A stretch of DNA of 64,000 bases, from contig JBIPSI010000019.1 in NCBI GenBank assembly GCA_044070495.1, positions 44,646-108,645 of the forward strand, given 5' to 3'. Below the pieces are notes generated by a model that was not told the origin of the DNA, searched no databases, and was given only the letters and a program-made list of their open reading frames with translations. Every line of letters begins with the position of its first letter. Position 1 is the stretch's first letter. Both the position numbers and the translations under genes were made by a program. Origin of the DNA: Spirulina sp. GTDB lineage: Bacteria; Cyanobacteriota; Cyanobacteriia; Phormidesmidales; Phormidesmidaceae. This document shows, piece by piece, positions 21,201 to 30,978 of the stretch.

Positions 21201-21903
21201 ACGCCGCTTTGACATTCGGTACTACCAGGTCTACGCCCACAACATCGATGGCCTGATTGCAGGGACAATCCACTGGTCGCGCTACCAGGGCGACCGACAG
21301 CGGGGCTGGCTGGGCAACCGTCCCACCTGCGATATTCTGGTCAAACTCAACGCCTTCAGCCGCACCTACGACTTCGACAGCGCCCGGATGTCGCCCCTCA
21401 TCCGCATGGAAGCCCACCTCCAAGCCATGACCGCCCGCTACCGCATCGGCGACGGCACCGGGGGCACCTTCGTCGGCCCCTCCAACAACTGCTCCCAAGA
21501 CTCCAACCAAGCCCTCTTTGCCAGTATGCAAGGGCTGATCCAGGGGGTGAAGGGCCACCAAGCCGAACTCAAACTCTGGGCCGAGCGCCACCCCGACCAA
21601 GCCCAGGACTTTGATCAAATGATCGCCTTTAGCGAATCCCTCAAACGCGCCCTCCAGCCCTTCGGCAACCCCCGCCCCGACTGGGAACGCAACGAATTTA
21701 ACCTCGGCAGCACCCTCGAAGACGAACCCCTCCGCAACCTGATTATGGGCCTAGGCAGTTGGCGCACGGTGCTGCCCCGCAAGGCCAGCGATGTGGTGGT
21801 GCAGCAGTTCCTCAAATATGGAGCCTCCGCCTGGGTGCTGCGCACTAGCCAAGTCGGCGGTTACGATCCCACCATCGCCCCCATCGCCCCCATGACCTTC
21901 TAG
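18211..21903 (+). CDS. Large membrane-anchored multidomain protein: TM region + alpha/beta-hydrolase-like domain + C-terminal domain of the type found in cyanobacterial 'CAAX protease'-annotated proteins
   Basis: 1230-aa ORF; N-terminal TM helices, YLDGIG and IGYSGGGQ, then FGHFAYG...NNCSQDS. Confidence 0.7.
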   Translation: MLDRIWEVLGYIFALNGEAFRIATTVPNGLTFALVIVLLAGISQGIGQSVVLFLNQVKPSRFAISLLINALLFTGGFLALGLSTWLVTLLPGATLVPPSYIVIVLGAAYAPLLFSFLGALPYLGLPILNILSIWHLLAMVVGFGAVTNLPISDAFRYVGLGWVLLQVLQNTVGRPIAKLSRGMANRAAGVDLVTSHRGLSASMQDRLDQVPTRWQEELNQRMAALNQGDVVAAVMGNDPPTLAMAGVGGSGATVLGAMLPTADESASQERSWSGTVKAVLGVVAMVLLTLLMLTLLQPLRQWWFGWFSTFPDLVQFVLNLVWVGAVALVVAGLLAPLETLGWWAGWYEDDVNTTVNAGELAQAPAPNQTFSRYVVYLDGIGKSTFEYLPDIEEFLDTLAPTLPQDVALVRGIMPYSVMNAPLDEDRPLAFLWRYADKLRFANPASILGLLVNIRNILIVGVSADKRYGPLYNQGMAQVVYNGLVNNGYPLESGIPITFIGYSGGGQMSCASAPYLKRALGAPVDVISLGGVMSANIDMLKLEHLYHLVGEKDTVESLGPKMFPGRWKIFPLSYWNRAKRRGKISIIPMGPVGHQVPGGILDPHLVLEDGRSSLQQTIDTINAILQGNLVLGDDVANQRKPSHYDLFRASPLVQSQSYPLDQRPDPSRYVPIADWVGRLILPAKADRFGGVYYEVHHAPAEYADLIGQVVKLRWAEDALVQRFVKAATHDLHFSADAEYSSRTSGAVHPVRINHWLRVDPLESLAGSLPEDEMIVAVEDPQVQRQADEITLRIRWQPMEVTGRYYGLVQFAAQVPGTDRFQVRHFNRASRAFDGPTEEVRVPKPSHLDLYGSDPSTSAGIEQSPHNEQGWYIYGATDATGTFVVQAWGPRSLFRLQPERVVFGGSKAAYRYIRKESWADVVNQKGKVGSVLCTRRDNGRPEAIAEAIDEWQVGDRALLLHTYGGIGGEKKEPAAFSPIFFGHFAYGRAEVVHDPLADERRFDIRYYQVYAHNIDGLIAGTIHWSRYQGDRQRGWLGNRPTCDILVKLNAFSRTYDFDSARMSPLIRMEAHLQAMTARYRIGDGTGGTFVGPSNNCSQDSNQALFASMQGLIQGVKGHQAELKLWAERHPDQAQDFDQMIAFSESLKRALQPFGNPRPDWERNEFNLGSTLEDEPLRNLIMGLGSWRTVLPRKASDVVVQQFLKYGASAWVLRTSQVGGYDPTIAPIAPMTF

Positions 21904-21970
21904 TAGGGTGGGCAGTGCCCACCTCATCGCTGGTGGGCACTGCCCACCCTACGGTTACTGCCCACCCTAC
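21903..21970. repeat. REP-like palindrome cluster (inverted doublet plus a partial third copy)
   Basis: GTAGGGTGGGCAGTGCCCACC 21903-21923; GGTGGGCACTGCCCACCCTAC 21932-21952; ACTGCCCACCCTAC 21957-21970. Confidence 0.85.
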
Positions 21971-22001
21971 AGTTCCGAACTATTCTTTCACCCCAACCAT
22001 C

Positions 22002-22826
22002 ATGCGTGTTGAAGCCTGTTGCCAAGCCCTGCTCCGTCACCTGCTGCCGGAGGTTGATCCCCAGCGCCAGGGCGTTTGTTTTGATGTGGGCGTGGGCACC
22101 TTTGCCTTTTATTGCGACCTGTTTTGTCAGTTAGATTTCGCCACCGTGGCTGTAGAGCCGTTGCCGACGGACAAGCTCAAACGCCGCTGCCAACAGCAGG
22201 GCATCACGCTCCTGGAACTGTGTCTGTCTGACCAAGTGGGGCAGGCCACCCTGCACTTGGGCGAATTTGCCAAGGTCGGCAACCGTAATTTTAGTTCCCT
22301 CTCCGCCGACTGGTTTGGCGCTTCTGAGAACACCCAAGTCGTCGAAACCCTGGATTTGGCAACCCTGCTGACCCAGACCAAAACCCAGGCCATCACCGCC
22401 CTCAAGCTGGATATTGAAGGCTGGGAACCCGTGGTGATTCGGCAATTTGAAACCCTGCCTCCCGACCTGCTTCCGGCCTTGGTGATGTTTGAATACGGCG
22501 GCGGCAGCAGCTACGATCAAGGCACCCAGGGCTGGGCACCCACGTTTCTTGAAGGCACCCTCGACAGCCTGAAAATCCTGCAACGGCTGGGCTACCAAAC
22601 CAGCATTATGGTGGACTACGCACCGGGCAGCGAGGCCAAGGTCTTCGACCTACAAGCCCTGGATCTAGATACCGAAACGCCTTTTTTGGCCAACGGGGTC
22701 TACGGCAACATCCTTAGTTTCCGCTACCACCACCCCACCGCCGACCAGATCCAACGACTCTGCGCCCCCTACCGAGGTGGCTTAGTGAATTGGCTTGTGG
22801 GCAGTCTTGTGCAAAGGAAGCGCTAG
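22002..22826 (+). CDS. FkbM family methyltransferase
   Basis: CFDVGVG, VAVEP, ALKLDIEGWE; the ORF-track N-terminus is translated REP sequence, so the start is moved to 22002. Confidence 0.82.
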   Translation: MRVEACCQALLRHLLPEVDPQRQGVCFDVGVGTFAFYCDLFCQLDFATVAVEPLPTDKLKRRCQQQGITLLELCLSDQVGQATLHLGEFAKVGNRNFSSLSADWFGASENTQVVETLDLATLLTQTKTQAITALKLDIEGWEPVVIRQFETLPPDLLPALVMFEYGGGSSYDQGTQGWAPTFLEGTLDSLKILQRLGYQTSIMVDYAPGSEAKVFDLQALDLDTETPFLANGVYGNILSFRYHHPTADQIQRLCAPYRGGLVNWLVGSLVQRKR

Positions 22827-23407
22827 GATGCTGCCCTCGACAGTTTGGCGATATTGACGGCATGAAAGAGGCTTAAAACATCGCATTGCCATTCCGGTAA
22901 GATCAGCGTCATGGCAATTTCCTCTACGCTATTGATGAGACAAAATACAATGGCAAGCTATAGGGTTTGATCGTTATGAAAGCCAAATAAGCCAACTGTT
23001 GCCACTAATAAGGTTAAACCCCACGCCTTGGCTGTATAGGTGTGAAAGCTTGGCATTTTCTTGAACTTAATCAGGCTAATGGCAAAGAGCGTAAGCTGAG
23101 CCAATAGGGCAATGAACAAAGGGATTTTGAAGTCTAGAATCGTTTGGGGAAAGACGAGCCAAGTGCTGACGGCAATGCAGAGATACAGGCAAATATCGGC
23201 CCAGCTATCGGCCTGACGTAATCGATCCGTACTGCCCCCTAACCGCCGAGCAATCATGCCATCAAAAATATCTGAAAGAACAGCGATTACATAGCCCACC
23301 ACAAAGGCCATACCCACGTGATGATCGAGGGCATCAATAAGCAGCAACCATGCGATGACAAATCGTAGGCCAACTAGCCCCATGGGAAGATGGGTAAGGT
23401 GAATCAT
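22823..23407 (-). pseudogene. CDP-alcohol phosphatidyltransferase family gene interrupted by an in-frame TAG
   Basis: SDIFDGMIARRLG...ADSWAD motif; TAG at 22960-22958, then the frame stays open for 44 more codons (LAIVFCLINSVEEIAMTLILPEWQCDV...) to a stop at 22823. Confidence 0.75.
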
Positions 23408-23500
23408 GATCTTGGTTCCTTCACCGTAACGGATGGGTTGTAGCTAGCTGGATATGTCAGACCATCAGGATCACATCTTCCAGATCAAATCCTCCAGAAA

Positions 23501-25738
23501 TTAAGATGAACTAACCAGATAGTTGACCTGAAACGTCACCCATTGGGCATGATCTAAGGCGTAAACATCTCCAGAACTGCGGCCTTCGGGAAGGGCGGAG
23601 TCGCTATGGAGGTCTTGGAGCAGGGCTTGGGCCAGCTTAAGAGGTTGGTCAACCCGGCGCAGATCGGTTTGCACAGGGGCCATGGGGCCATCGGCAGCCA
23701 GGGCCTCTAGGCTGTGGGTAAAGGGTTGCACACTGAGGATAATGTGGGTTTCGACCCGTGCTGTGGAACCTAGGATGCCCCAGCCATTGGCATTATTGGG
23801 CACCAACAGGGTTTGCCGGGGGGCCAGGGGTGGACTATCGAGCGGAGGCTCGTCGGCGTTCCCACTGTCTTCGGGGGGCACCACCAGGGCCGAGCAGTCC
23901 CCTTGGCCATTGAAGCGGATCACCAAAACATGGAGAGGAACATCGCTATGGTTGGTGATGCGGTACTGGAAACGGGTATCCCGCGAGAGGGGGAGGGTGG
24001 TGGGGCCGTTGCCGGGATCGGTGAGACCGGGGTGGGTGAGGCGGCTGGCTTCGGTTTGCTGGCGCAGCAACACGGTGGGCTTGGGGCGCACGGCTTCCAC
24101 GGCCACTAGGGCGGCAAGGCCAGAGGCAAAGCGGTTTTGGGTCAGGCGCACCAGCTTTAGGGCCAATAGGGATCGCAGGGTGGGGGTGAGGCGGGTAATG
24201 GCGGTTTTGACGGCTTCGTCCTTGGCCAGCATGGTGCCCGGTACCAGGGTGCGGTTGGGGGCAAACAGGCCGTAGCTGCTTTCCGTCTGTCGATCCGCCG
24301 TGGCTGGACGGTCGGCTTCGGTGGTATGTCCCACTGGCCCCAGGGGCAAACGGCCAAAGAGACAATCGGTACTACGTTCTCCGACGGTTAGGGCACTGAC
24401 AAAGGGCAACCCCGCCAGGGCACTGGTCGCGTCCACCCGTTCCACCCGCTGGAGCTGGCTATCTAGCACGACACCGAGGGAAATGTTAGTGGGTAGCAGA
24501 CGCACTTTTTCGGAGAGGGGCTGGGCTGTGGTGGGGAGAGGGGCATCGGTGATCACAGGTTTGGCCACACCATGCAAGTTCATGCGCGACTCTAGGCGCA
24601 GTTCTACAACGGGGGCTGGGGCCGCAGAATCCCTAGAAGTGGCGGCATCAGTGGCCGAGGGATTGGGAACGGTAAACCGCGAACCGGGCTGAAGGTGGTG
24701 CAGCAGTTCCGGCGACAGCCCGCCGAGCCAGAGGTCTAGGCTGTGTTGATCGGTGGGCAGGGCTATCCCAGCGGCGTTGGGCTGTTCTGGGGGCAGGCTG
24801 TAGGGCATGGTGATCGCCTTGGGGGCCAGCACGTTACCCAGGGCAGGCACCTGATCCGGGCCAGTCCAGCGCTGGAGCCGATCCCCCGACCGCTGGATCA
24901 GCAGCTTAGGATTGGGGTCGGCCACGGCTTCCCATAGGCTTTGGGTGAGGGCGTAGGTGAACAGTCCGCTACTAAAGCCATCCCACGGCCCCTCTAGGAC
25001 GAGATTACCGGGGGCGCTGGCCCGCAATAGCAGACCGGGCCAAGCGGTTTCCCCTTCTCTGGCCCCCTCCACCGTGCCCAAAAAGGGTTCCGGCAAGTCG
25101 CCCATGGGCACCGTGGGCCGAGACCGCACCTTCATATTGCCCCAGCGCAGATAGCCTGTGTCTTGGCTGCCAGCGTCGATCACTGTCGTCAAATTCGGTG
25201 TAGCGACTCGGCGCAGAATCGCCGCAACTTCCACCTCTAACAGGTCATTCAAGGCAGGTTGATCAACGCTGGGCAGGCGACCGTCCACGGGTACCCAGGC
25301 GCGATAGATGCGGTTAGGATTGCCGTCCCAGCGCACTTGGCTACCGTAGCCACTGAAATGCAGCAGCACCACGTCGTCGGCCTGGGCTTGTTGAACGAGG
25401 TGCTGATCGAGGGCATTGAGGATGCCCTGGCGGGTAGCCGCCTGGTTGGTGAGGGTGAGAATATCCTGGGGGGCAAAGCCAAACCGATGAACCAGCAACT
25501 GTCGCTGCATCTCCACATCGGTGAGGCACCCCTTCAGAGCCACCTCCTGACCAGGCGTTGCGCTGATGACCCGATCCGGGTACTGATTAATGCCGATGAG
25601 TAGGGCTAACCGACGACGGGCGGGCTTACCGAGGGCTTGGGCATAGGGAGTGGGCCAAAGTAGGCTACTTCCTCCTAAGCCCAGCGCCCCTAGCGTCAGA
25701 CTGGCCCCTTGCAAAAACGTCCGTCGATTCAGTGTCAC
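23501..25738 (-). CDS. Caspase-family (C14) protein, pseudo-orthocaspase type, with a Tat-like signal
   Basis: RRTFL N-terminus; RLALLIGINQY, LKGCLTDV, ATRQGI, HFSGYGS, IDAGS. Confidence 0.85.
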   Translation of the reverse strand: MTLNRRTFLQGASLTLGALGLGGSSLLWPTPYAQALGKPARRRLALLIGINQYPDRVISATPGQEVALKGCLTDVEMQRQLLVHRFGFAPQDILTLTNQAATRQGILNALDQHLVQQAQADDVVLLHFSGYGSQVRWDGNPNRIYRAWVPVDGRLPSVDQPALNDLLEVEVAAILRRVATPNLTTVIDAGSQDTGYLRWGNMKVRSRPTVPMGDLPEPFLGTVEGAREGETAWPGLLLRASAPGNLVLEGPWDGFSSGLFTYALTQSLWEAVADPNPKLLIQRSGDRLQRWTGPDQVPALGNVLAPKAITMPYSLPPEQPNAAGIALPTDQHSLDLWLGGLSPELLHHLQPGSRFTVPNPSATDAATSRDSAAPAPVVELRLESRMNLHGVAKPVITDAPLPTTAQPLSEKVRLLPTNISLGVVLDSQLQRVERVDATSALAGLPFVSALTVGERSTDCLFGRLPLGPVGHTTEADRPATADRQTESSYGLFAPNRTLVPGTMLAKDEAVKTAITRLTPTLRSLLALKLVRLTQNRFASGLAALVAVEAVRPKPTVLLRQQTEASRLTHPGLTDPGNGPTTLPLSRDTRFQYRITNHSDVPLHVLVIRFNGQGDCSALVVPPEDSGNADEPPLDSPPLAPRQTLLVPNNANGWGILGSTARVETHIILSVQPFTHSLEALAADGPMAPVQTDLRRVDQPLKLAQALLQDLHSDSALPEGRSSGDVYALDHAQWVTFQVNYLVSSS

Positions 25739-25783
25739 GGAATGGCTTGCCCCACCGATGGATTGCCCTAGGTAGAGGATACC

Positions 25784-26965
25784 TTAGCCGACCGCTTCGG
25801 GCACCCGCATGGCGCGAGCGAGTTCTGCCGCCACTTCAGGACGGGAGAATTCCGGCGGGGGCAGTTCTCCCCGACGCAGCATTTCCCGCACCTTGGTGCC
25901 GGACAGGTGGATGCGTTCCTCCTTGGTGCTGGGGCTAGTTTTAGAGGTGGCCATGCCGCCCGTGCGGGTGCAGTAGAAGGCGTGCTCAAACTTCATCGGC
26001 ACAATCCCCAATTCCCCAGGCTCAAACTCATCGAAGATGTACTGGGCATCGTAGGTGCCGTAGTAGTCGCCCACCCCAGCATGGTCGCGCCCAACGATGA
26101 AGTGGGTGCAGCCGTAGTTTTTGCGAATCAGGGCATGGAAAATCGCTTCCCGTGGCCCTGCGTAGCGCATGGCGGAGGGGTTGATGGCCAGGATGACGCG
26201 ATCCTGCGGGAAGTAGTGCTCCACCATAATTTCGTAGCAGCGCATCCGCACATCGGCGGGGATGTCGTCGGACTTGGTGGCCCCGACTAGAGGGTGCAAG
26301 AACAGGCCGTCCACGGTTTCTAGGGCGCACTTTTGGATGTACTCGTGGGCGCGGTGAATGGGGTTGCGGGTTTGGAAGCCCACCACGGTGTTCCAGCCCT
26401 TCTCCCGGAACATCGCCCTGGAGGCGGCGGGGTCAATTTGGTAGGCCGGAAACAGGGGATGGGGATCCCGCTGCATCAGCCAGATCGGGCCAGCTAGGTT
26501 CACGGCCCCCTGCTCGTAAACCACCTTCACGCCGGGGTGTTTGTCTTCGTCGGTGCGGTAGACGTTAATGGCCTCGCGGGCTTTGTCGTAGGTGTATTTT
26601 TCCTCTAGTTCCAGCACCCCCACAAAGCGCCCGGTGGGGTCATCCAGCCGCACCAGGGAACCTTCCTTCAGGGGAGCCGCCACTTCTTCGCTGACGGACA
26701 GGGTAACGGGCACCGCCCAGGGCAAGCCATTGGCCAACCGCATATCCGTGACGACAGGGTCGTAATCGGCCTTGTGCATAAAGCCGTCCAGGGGGCTAAA
26801 ACCGCCAATGGCAATCATCACCAGGTCGGAAAAGGCCCGCTCATCCAGGGTGACGCGGGGCAGGGTATTGGCCTGCTCCAAAAAGTGCGCTTCCTTTTCT
26901 GGGGAAACCAGGCGATTGATCAGCGTGCCACCGTGGGGGGCAATACCATCCTTATGCATCGTCAT
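25784..26965 (-). CDS. sat: Sulfate adenylyltransferase
   Basis: [55 protein letters not shown]. Confidence 0.97.
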   Translation of the reverse strand: MTMHKDGIAPHGGTLINRLVSPEKEAHFLEQANTLPRVTLDERAFSDLVMIAIGGFSPLDGFMHKADYDPVVTDMRLANGLPWAVPVTLSVSEEVAAPLKEGSLVRLDDPTGRFVGVLELEEKYTYDKAREAINVYRTDEDKHPGVKVVYEQGAVNLAGPIWLMQRDPHPLFPAYQIDPAASRAMFREKGWNTVVGFQTRNPIHRAHEYIQKCALETVDGLFLHPLVGATKSDDIPADVRMRCYEIMVEHYFPQDRVILAINPSAMRYAGPREAIFHALIRKNYGCTHFIVGRDHAGVGDYYGTYDAQYIFDEFEPGELGIVPMKFEHAFYCTRTGGMATSKTSPSTKEERIHLSGTKVREMLRRGELPPPEFSRPEVAAELARAMRVPEAVG

Positions 26966-27225
26966 TGGGGATACCGTTTTTCCTACACTGGGCGACATTA
27001 GCCGCGAAGTCAGACCAAAGCAGGGGCACAGCCTAGGGGTAACGCTTCGTCGCCATCCCAAAGGCCATGAACCATAAAATGGCCCGATTGACTCGCTTAC
27101 TCCATGAAATTACATCTTGGTACCGATGTCACCTGCAATGGAGATAAATTCCGGCTTAGCTTCAAATTCAATCAAAATTGAAATGAACTTCGTTGCGAAT
27201 TCCGGATGACCTGGGACAGATGGCC

Positions 27226-28407
27226 CTAGGCCGCTGAGCTAAAGCGGATTTTGAGGTAGTCGTCCTCCATTTTGGCCCCAGAGGGTTGCAGGGCGGCGAG
27301 GGCCTGGGGCAGCACCAGGTTGCGGCGGTGGTTGCCGATGCGAATGTTCAGTTCGTCGGCGGATTTGCTTAGCTCGATTTTGTCCTTAGGAATGCCGGGG
27401 AGGTACAGTTCTAGGCTGTAGTTGCTGTCTTCCTGCACCACGCGCAGGGTGGTTTCTTTGTAGTAAACCTGGGCGGGATCTTCGTCTTTATAGAGAGTGT
27501 CCTTCAGGCGGTGCAGGGCTTCGATACCGCACATTTCCTCGGCAAACAGGGGCACTTCCTTCACGGGCAGGGGCCGGAAATCGTCGTGGATTTCCTGCTT
27601 GTATTCCTGCTGCTTTTCCTTCATGCGTTGGAAGAAGGGATCCTGCACCTCTTCGGGGATAATCCGGTTGGCGATCACCAAATCCGTGCCCACGTTGTAC
27701 AGGCTCAGGTAGGCATGGGCGCGGAGGGATTCCTTGATCACCATTTTTTCGGGGTTGGTGACCAGGCGAACGGAGGTAGTGGTGGCATCGGTGAGGACTT
27801 TTTCCAGATCCACCAACTGTTCATAGAACTCGTAGGGGGCATCCATCACCTCGCGGGTGGGCAGAGAAAACCCGGCCACGGGGCGAAACAGCGGTTCCAC
27901 CAGGGGCCGCAGCACCTCAGAAACGGCCTGGAAGGGTTTGTAGAGTTTCCGCATATACCAGCCCGCCACCTCCGGCAGGCTCAGCAGGCGCAGGGCCGTA
28001 CCCGTGGGGGCCGAGTCGATGATCAGCACGTCGTATTCGCCTTCGTCGTGGTGGCGCTTCATGCGAACCAGACTAAAAATTTCGTCCATGCCGGGGAGGA
28101 TGGCCAGTTCTTCCGCCTCGATGCCCTCTAGGCCACGGGCTTGCAGCACGTCGGTGATGTAGCGCTTTACGGCTCCCCAGTTGCCCTCCAGTTCCATCAG
28201 GGCATCGAGTTCGGCCCCCCACAGGTTGGGCTGCACCAGGCGCGGCTCATGGCCCAGTTCCATATCAAAGCTATCCGCCAGGGAGTGGGCCGGATCGGTG
28301 CTCAGCACCAGGGTCTTGTAGCCTAATTCGGCGCAACGCAGCCCGGTGGCCGCCGCCACGGAGGTTTTACCCACGCCGCCTTTACCCGTCATCAACAATA
28401 CCCGCAT
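27226..28407 (-). CDS. ArsA/TRC40/GET3-family ATPase with a C-terminal HSP20-like domain
   Basis: [30 protein letters not shown]-terminal [12 protein letters not shown]. Confidence 0.92.
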   Translation of the reverse strand: MRVLLMTGKGGVGKTSVAAATGLRCAELGYKTLVLSTDPAHSLADSFDMELGHEPRLVQPNLWGAELDALMELEGNWGAVKRYITDVLQARGLEGIEAEELAILPGMDEIFSLVRMKRHHDEGEYDVLIIDSAPTGTALRLLSLPEVAGWYMRKLYKPFQAVSEVLRPLVEPLFRPVAGFSLPTREVMDAPYEFYEQLVDLEKVLTDATTTSVRLVTNPEKMVIKESLRAHAYLSLYNVGTDLVIANRIIPEEVQDPFFQRMKEKQQEYKQEIHDDFRPLPVKEVPLFAEEMCGIEALHRLKDTLYKDEDPAQVYYKETTLRVVQEDSNYSLELYLPGIPKDKIELSKSADELNIRIGNHRRNLVLPQALAALQPSGAKMEDDYLKIRFSSAA

Positions 28408-28697
28408 GTGGGTGTCCTCGTTTTTCTCTAGTGTTCCCTAGTTTCTTAATTTATAGGCTTTTTGAGGTTTCCGCAGGGATTGGCAGAATCCCTTGAGGCT
28501 GATGGCCTGACACCGCTCCCAAGTAGATTGGATGCCGCGACGTGGAACCCAACCCTCACGGAGGATTTTGGATGGGTTGGGTTCTGCTATTTGGGTTCTG
28601 CTATGGCGCTACCTAGCCGACGAGAGATCAAGGCTTTTCGGCCTTGTGTCAGTCAAGCTTCCGCCCTAGGTTGCCCTGGCCTGAGGTGAGCCTGAGG

Positions 28698-29471
28698 TTA
28701 ATAGAGAAATCGCTCAAATCGAAGCACAGGTTCGGTTTGAAGGGGGGTGTAGCTGCCATCGTGGACTTCATACTGGGCCAGGTGGGTATCGCTGATGTGA
28801 TACTGCTGATTGCCGTCGATGGCGATGTAGACCGCCTGGTTGACGGCCACATCCTCCGTGACGAAGGCTGCTTGGGTGGCCTTGTGGGTGCCCACATAGC
28901 GCAGCCCTTGGGTCGTCTTGCAGAGGTAAATCTGGTAGGACTGGGTTTCAAAAAAGGCTTCCTGGCGATCTGCGCCGCAGGGCTGGCTGGTGGTTGCTAG
29001 GACGGTTTGGGCGGTATTGGCCTCTGGGCTGGCGGGGGCATTGGCCAGGGGGGTGGCGTTGCTAATGTCTACAAAATCTCCGCGCACCCAGCCCTCTTGG
29101 TCAGAGTCGGTGTATTGGGCGTAGTACCAGGTGTGGCCGCCCTCCCCCTCTGCTAAGCGCAGTAGACGCACTTCGTCGCCGCCTGTACCCGTGCCCAAAA
29201 TCGGCGAGAGGGTGGTGGGCTGAGAGCGCAGGTTGATCTGGGCCTCTGCGGTTTGGCTGGCCAGGGTGGTGACACGGGGGGGATCAATCACCGTAGCCCG
29301 GAACCCACCGATGGTTTCCTCTTGGGGCACCTCTGCCGCATCCGCAGGGCCATCGATGGGGGTGCTTGCCTCAGGGGAGGGATCGGAGGACGCACTACAG
29401 CCCGTTACCCCCAGCAGCGCGGCCAGTCCTACCCCAAGCCAGATTTGTTTTGCGCTTAAAGACCACAGCAT
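28698..29471 (-). CDS. Lipoprotein with a bacterial SH3-like domain
   Basis: Lipobox-like VTGC; INLRSQPT...WYY...EGWVRGDFV. Confidence 0.75.
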   Translation of the reverse strand: MLWSLSAKQIWLGVGLAALLGVTGCSASSDPSPEASTPIDGPADAAEVPQEETIGGFRATVIDPPRVTTLASQTAEAQINLRSQPTTLSPILGTGTGGDEVRLLRLAEGEGGHTWYYAQYTDSDQEGWVRGDFVDISNATPLANAPASPEANTAQTVLATTSQPCGADRQEAFFETQSYQIYLCKTTQGLRYVGTHKATQAAFVTEDVAVNQAVYIAIDGNQQYHISDTHLAQYEVHDGSYTPLQTEPVLRFERFLY

Positions 29472-29601
29472 AGCGTTCTCCAGGGCGATCAATCGCAGGG
29501 GAATGAATCAGCCGCCATGCTACACCATCCCTCGAAAAGTGAGCCCCCCTGACCTAGAAAAACCCCGACGGGGCCGCCGCCAGGAGCCGTGATGGGCTGG
29601 C

Positions 29602-30135
29602 CTAAAACTGCTCCATGCCCTGAAACTCGGTGTTGCTGTCGGGAATACGGGTGGTACAGGAGGATTCCACCACCAAGGAATCGAAGATCTCAATGCGACA
29701 GGTTCCCGTTGTGTTCATCACCCGCCGATCCTCGAGGGAGGAGGCAAAGCTCGTGACCTGGGTTTCAAGGATGAAGCCGTTGACCCCACGGGTGCCGGGC
29801 AGGCGACGAGTGATGGTGCCGCTGTAGACGGTTTCCAAGTTATTCGCGTAGCGACCGGCCAAAGAGAAGCTGAACCTGTTGGTTTCGTTGAAACTCAGCA
29901 TGGCCTCGGCTTGGCGACCGATGGTGAACACCGACCCCGTGGCAATGCCCCGCCCCGGAAAGGTGCCCTCCACGGGCATGGGGAACGTTTGATAATGGGG
30001 ACGGTTCTGGGCGACCAGATCGGCTCGATTCCCCGTCTGGGCAAGCCCTGAACCCGCCAGCGCCACCACACCACTCAACATCACCGGCACCCAGGTTCCC
30101 ATCGCTAACATCTCCATAATGGTGTCCTTCCACAA
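29602..30135 (-). CDS. Secreted hypothetical protein
   Basis: Signal-peptide-like N-terminus, beta-rich body, two Cys; start uncertain. Confidence 0.55.
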   Translation of the reverse strand: MWKDTIMEMLAMGTWVPVMLSGVVALAGSGLAQTGNRADLVAQNRPHYQTFPMPVEGTFPGRGIATGSVFTIGRQAEAMLSFNETNRFSFSLAGRYANNLETVYSGTITRRLPGTRGVNGFILETQVTSFASSLEDRRVMNTTGTCRIEIFDSLVVESSCTTRIPDSNTEFQGMEQF

Positions 30136-30165
30136 TCAACAACGTAAAAAACGTAAAAGGCTAGG

Positions 30166-30266
30166 GGCGTCGCTGAATTACCCGATCAAGCCCGAGGGGT
30201 AAACGCCTCTTTCAGGGAGTTCCCAAAGCGTCTAGCCTTGGCGGCATCCCCTGCATCAGCGACGCC
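30166..30266. mobile_element. Small MITE-like element with 11-bp perfect terminal inverted repeats
   Basis: GGCGTCGCTGA (30166-30176) ... TCAGCGACGCC (30256-30266), intergenic. Confidence 0.55.
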
Positions 30267-30291
30267 AAAATTGGCCTTCGGCCACAATGCA

Positions 30292-30810
30292 CTACTCGCA
30301 GGCCGCCACAGAAATCGTGTAGAAGTTACCATTGACTCCCCCCAGGCGGGTGTTCACCACCGCTGGCTGTCGTCCTGTGGCCGAGGCAAAGGGAATAATG
30401 AAGGTGCTGCCTGCCACGGCATCGGCACTGTCGCTAAAGACTTGCTCAGACCCGCCGTGGGGCATCCGCAGATGCACATCTAGCCAGTAGGGGGCGGTAT
30501 TTTCCGGCGTGACCACGGCCACAAAGTAGCTGACGTTGGGCTGAGTCGGGACAAGCCAGTCCGTGTGCCAATTATTGCTTCCAAAGGCGCGGTTCTCGAT
30601 GCGCTTGCGCACTTCGGTTTGGCCGGTGGTCACCTCTTGCAGGGCCACACAGGATCGTCCACTACCCGTGGGAGAAGGGTCGGATTGAGCTAATTCCATC
30701 GGCGGGGTTGACTCTATGGCGGCTGGGGGAGTCGCCATCGCCAAGGCGGGTACCAAAACTGCACCAGCGCAGGTGGCCGCTACAGTAGCTAGGGACTGGA
30801 AAGTTTTCAT
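30292..30810 (-). CDS. Secreted hypothetical protein
   Basis: Signal peptide MKTFQSL...ALAMA; AAGGA RBS. Confidence 0.65.
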   Translation of the reverse strand: MKTFQSLATVAATCAGAVLVPALAMATPPAAIESTPPMELAQSDPSPTGSGRSCVALQEVTTGQTEVRKRIENRAFGSNNWHTDWLVPTQPNVSYFVAVVTPENTAPYWLDVHLRMPHGGSEQVFSDSADAVAGSTFIIPFASATGRQPAVVNTRLGGVNGNFYTISVAACE

Positions 30811-30978
30811 GGTTAAACGTCCTTAGGTTATTTCAGGGTTGTTTATGGTCAGGGCTGTTCAAAGCCGCTAGATATCAGACCTCTAGACGTTTTCCAGAGG
30901 CCTGAACATCCCAGGGTTGGCGGGGCCGTCGGGGCAAGTAGAGGTCAACCCACGACCGCCCCATAGTCTGGGGAAACT

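Noticed and set aside
20626..21618. 330-aa antisense ORF, and similar long shadow ORFs (e.g. 6418-7104, 27511-28131, 43806-44525, 48303-49109)
   Set aside because: They lie opposite well-supported genes and are explained by GC-rich codon bias; no recognisable motifs.
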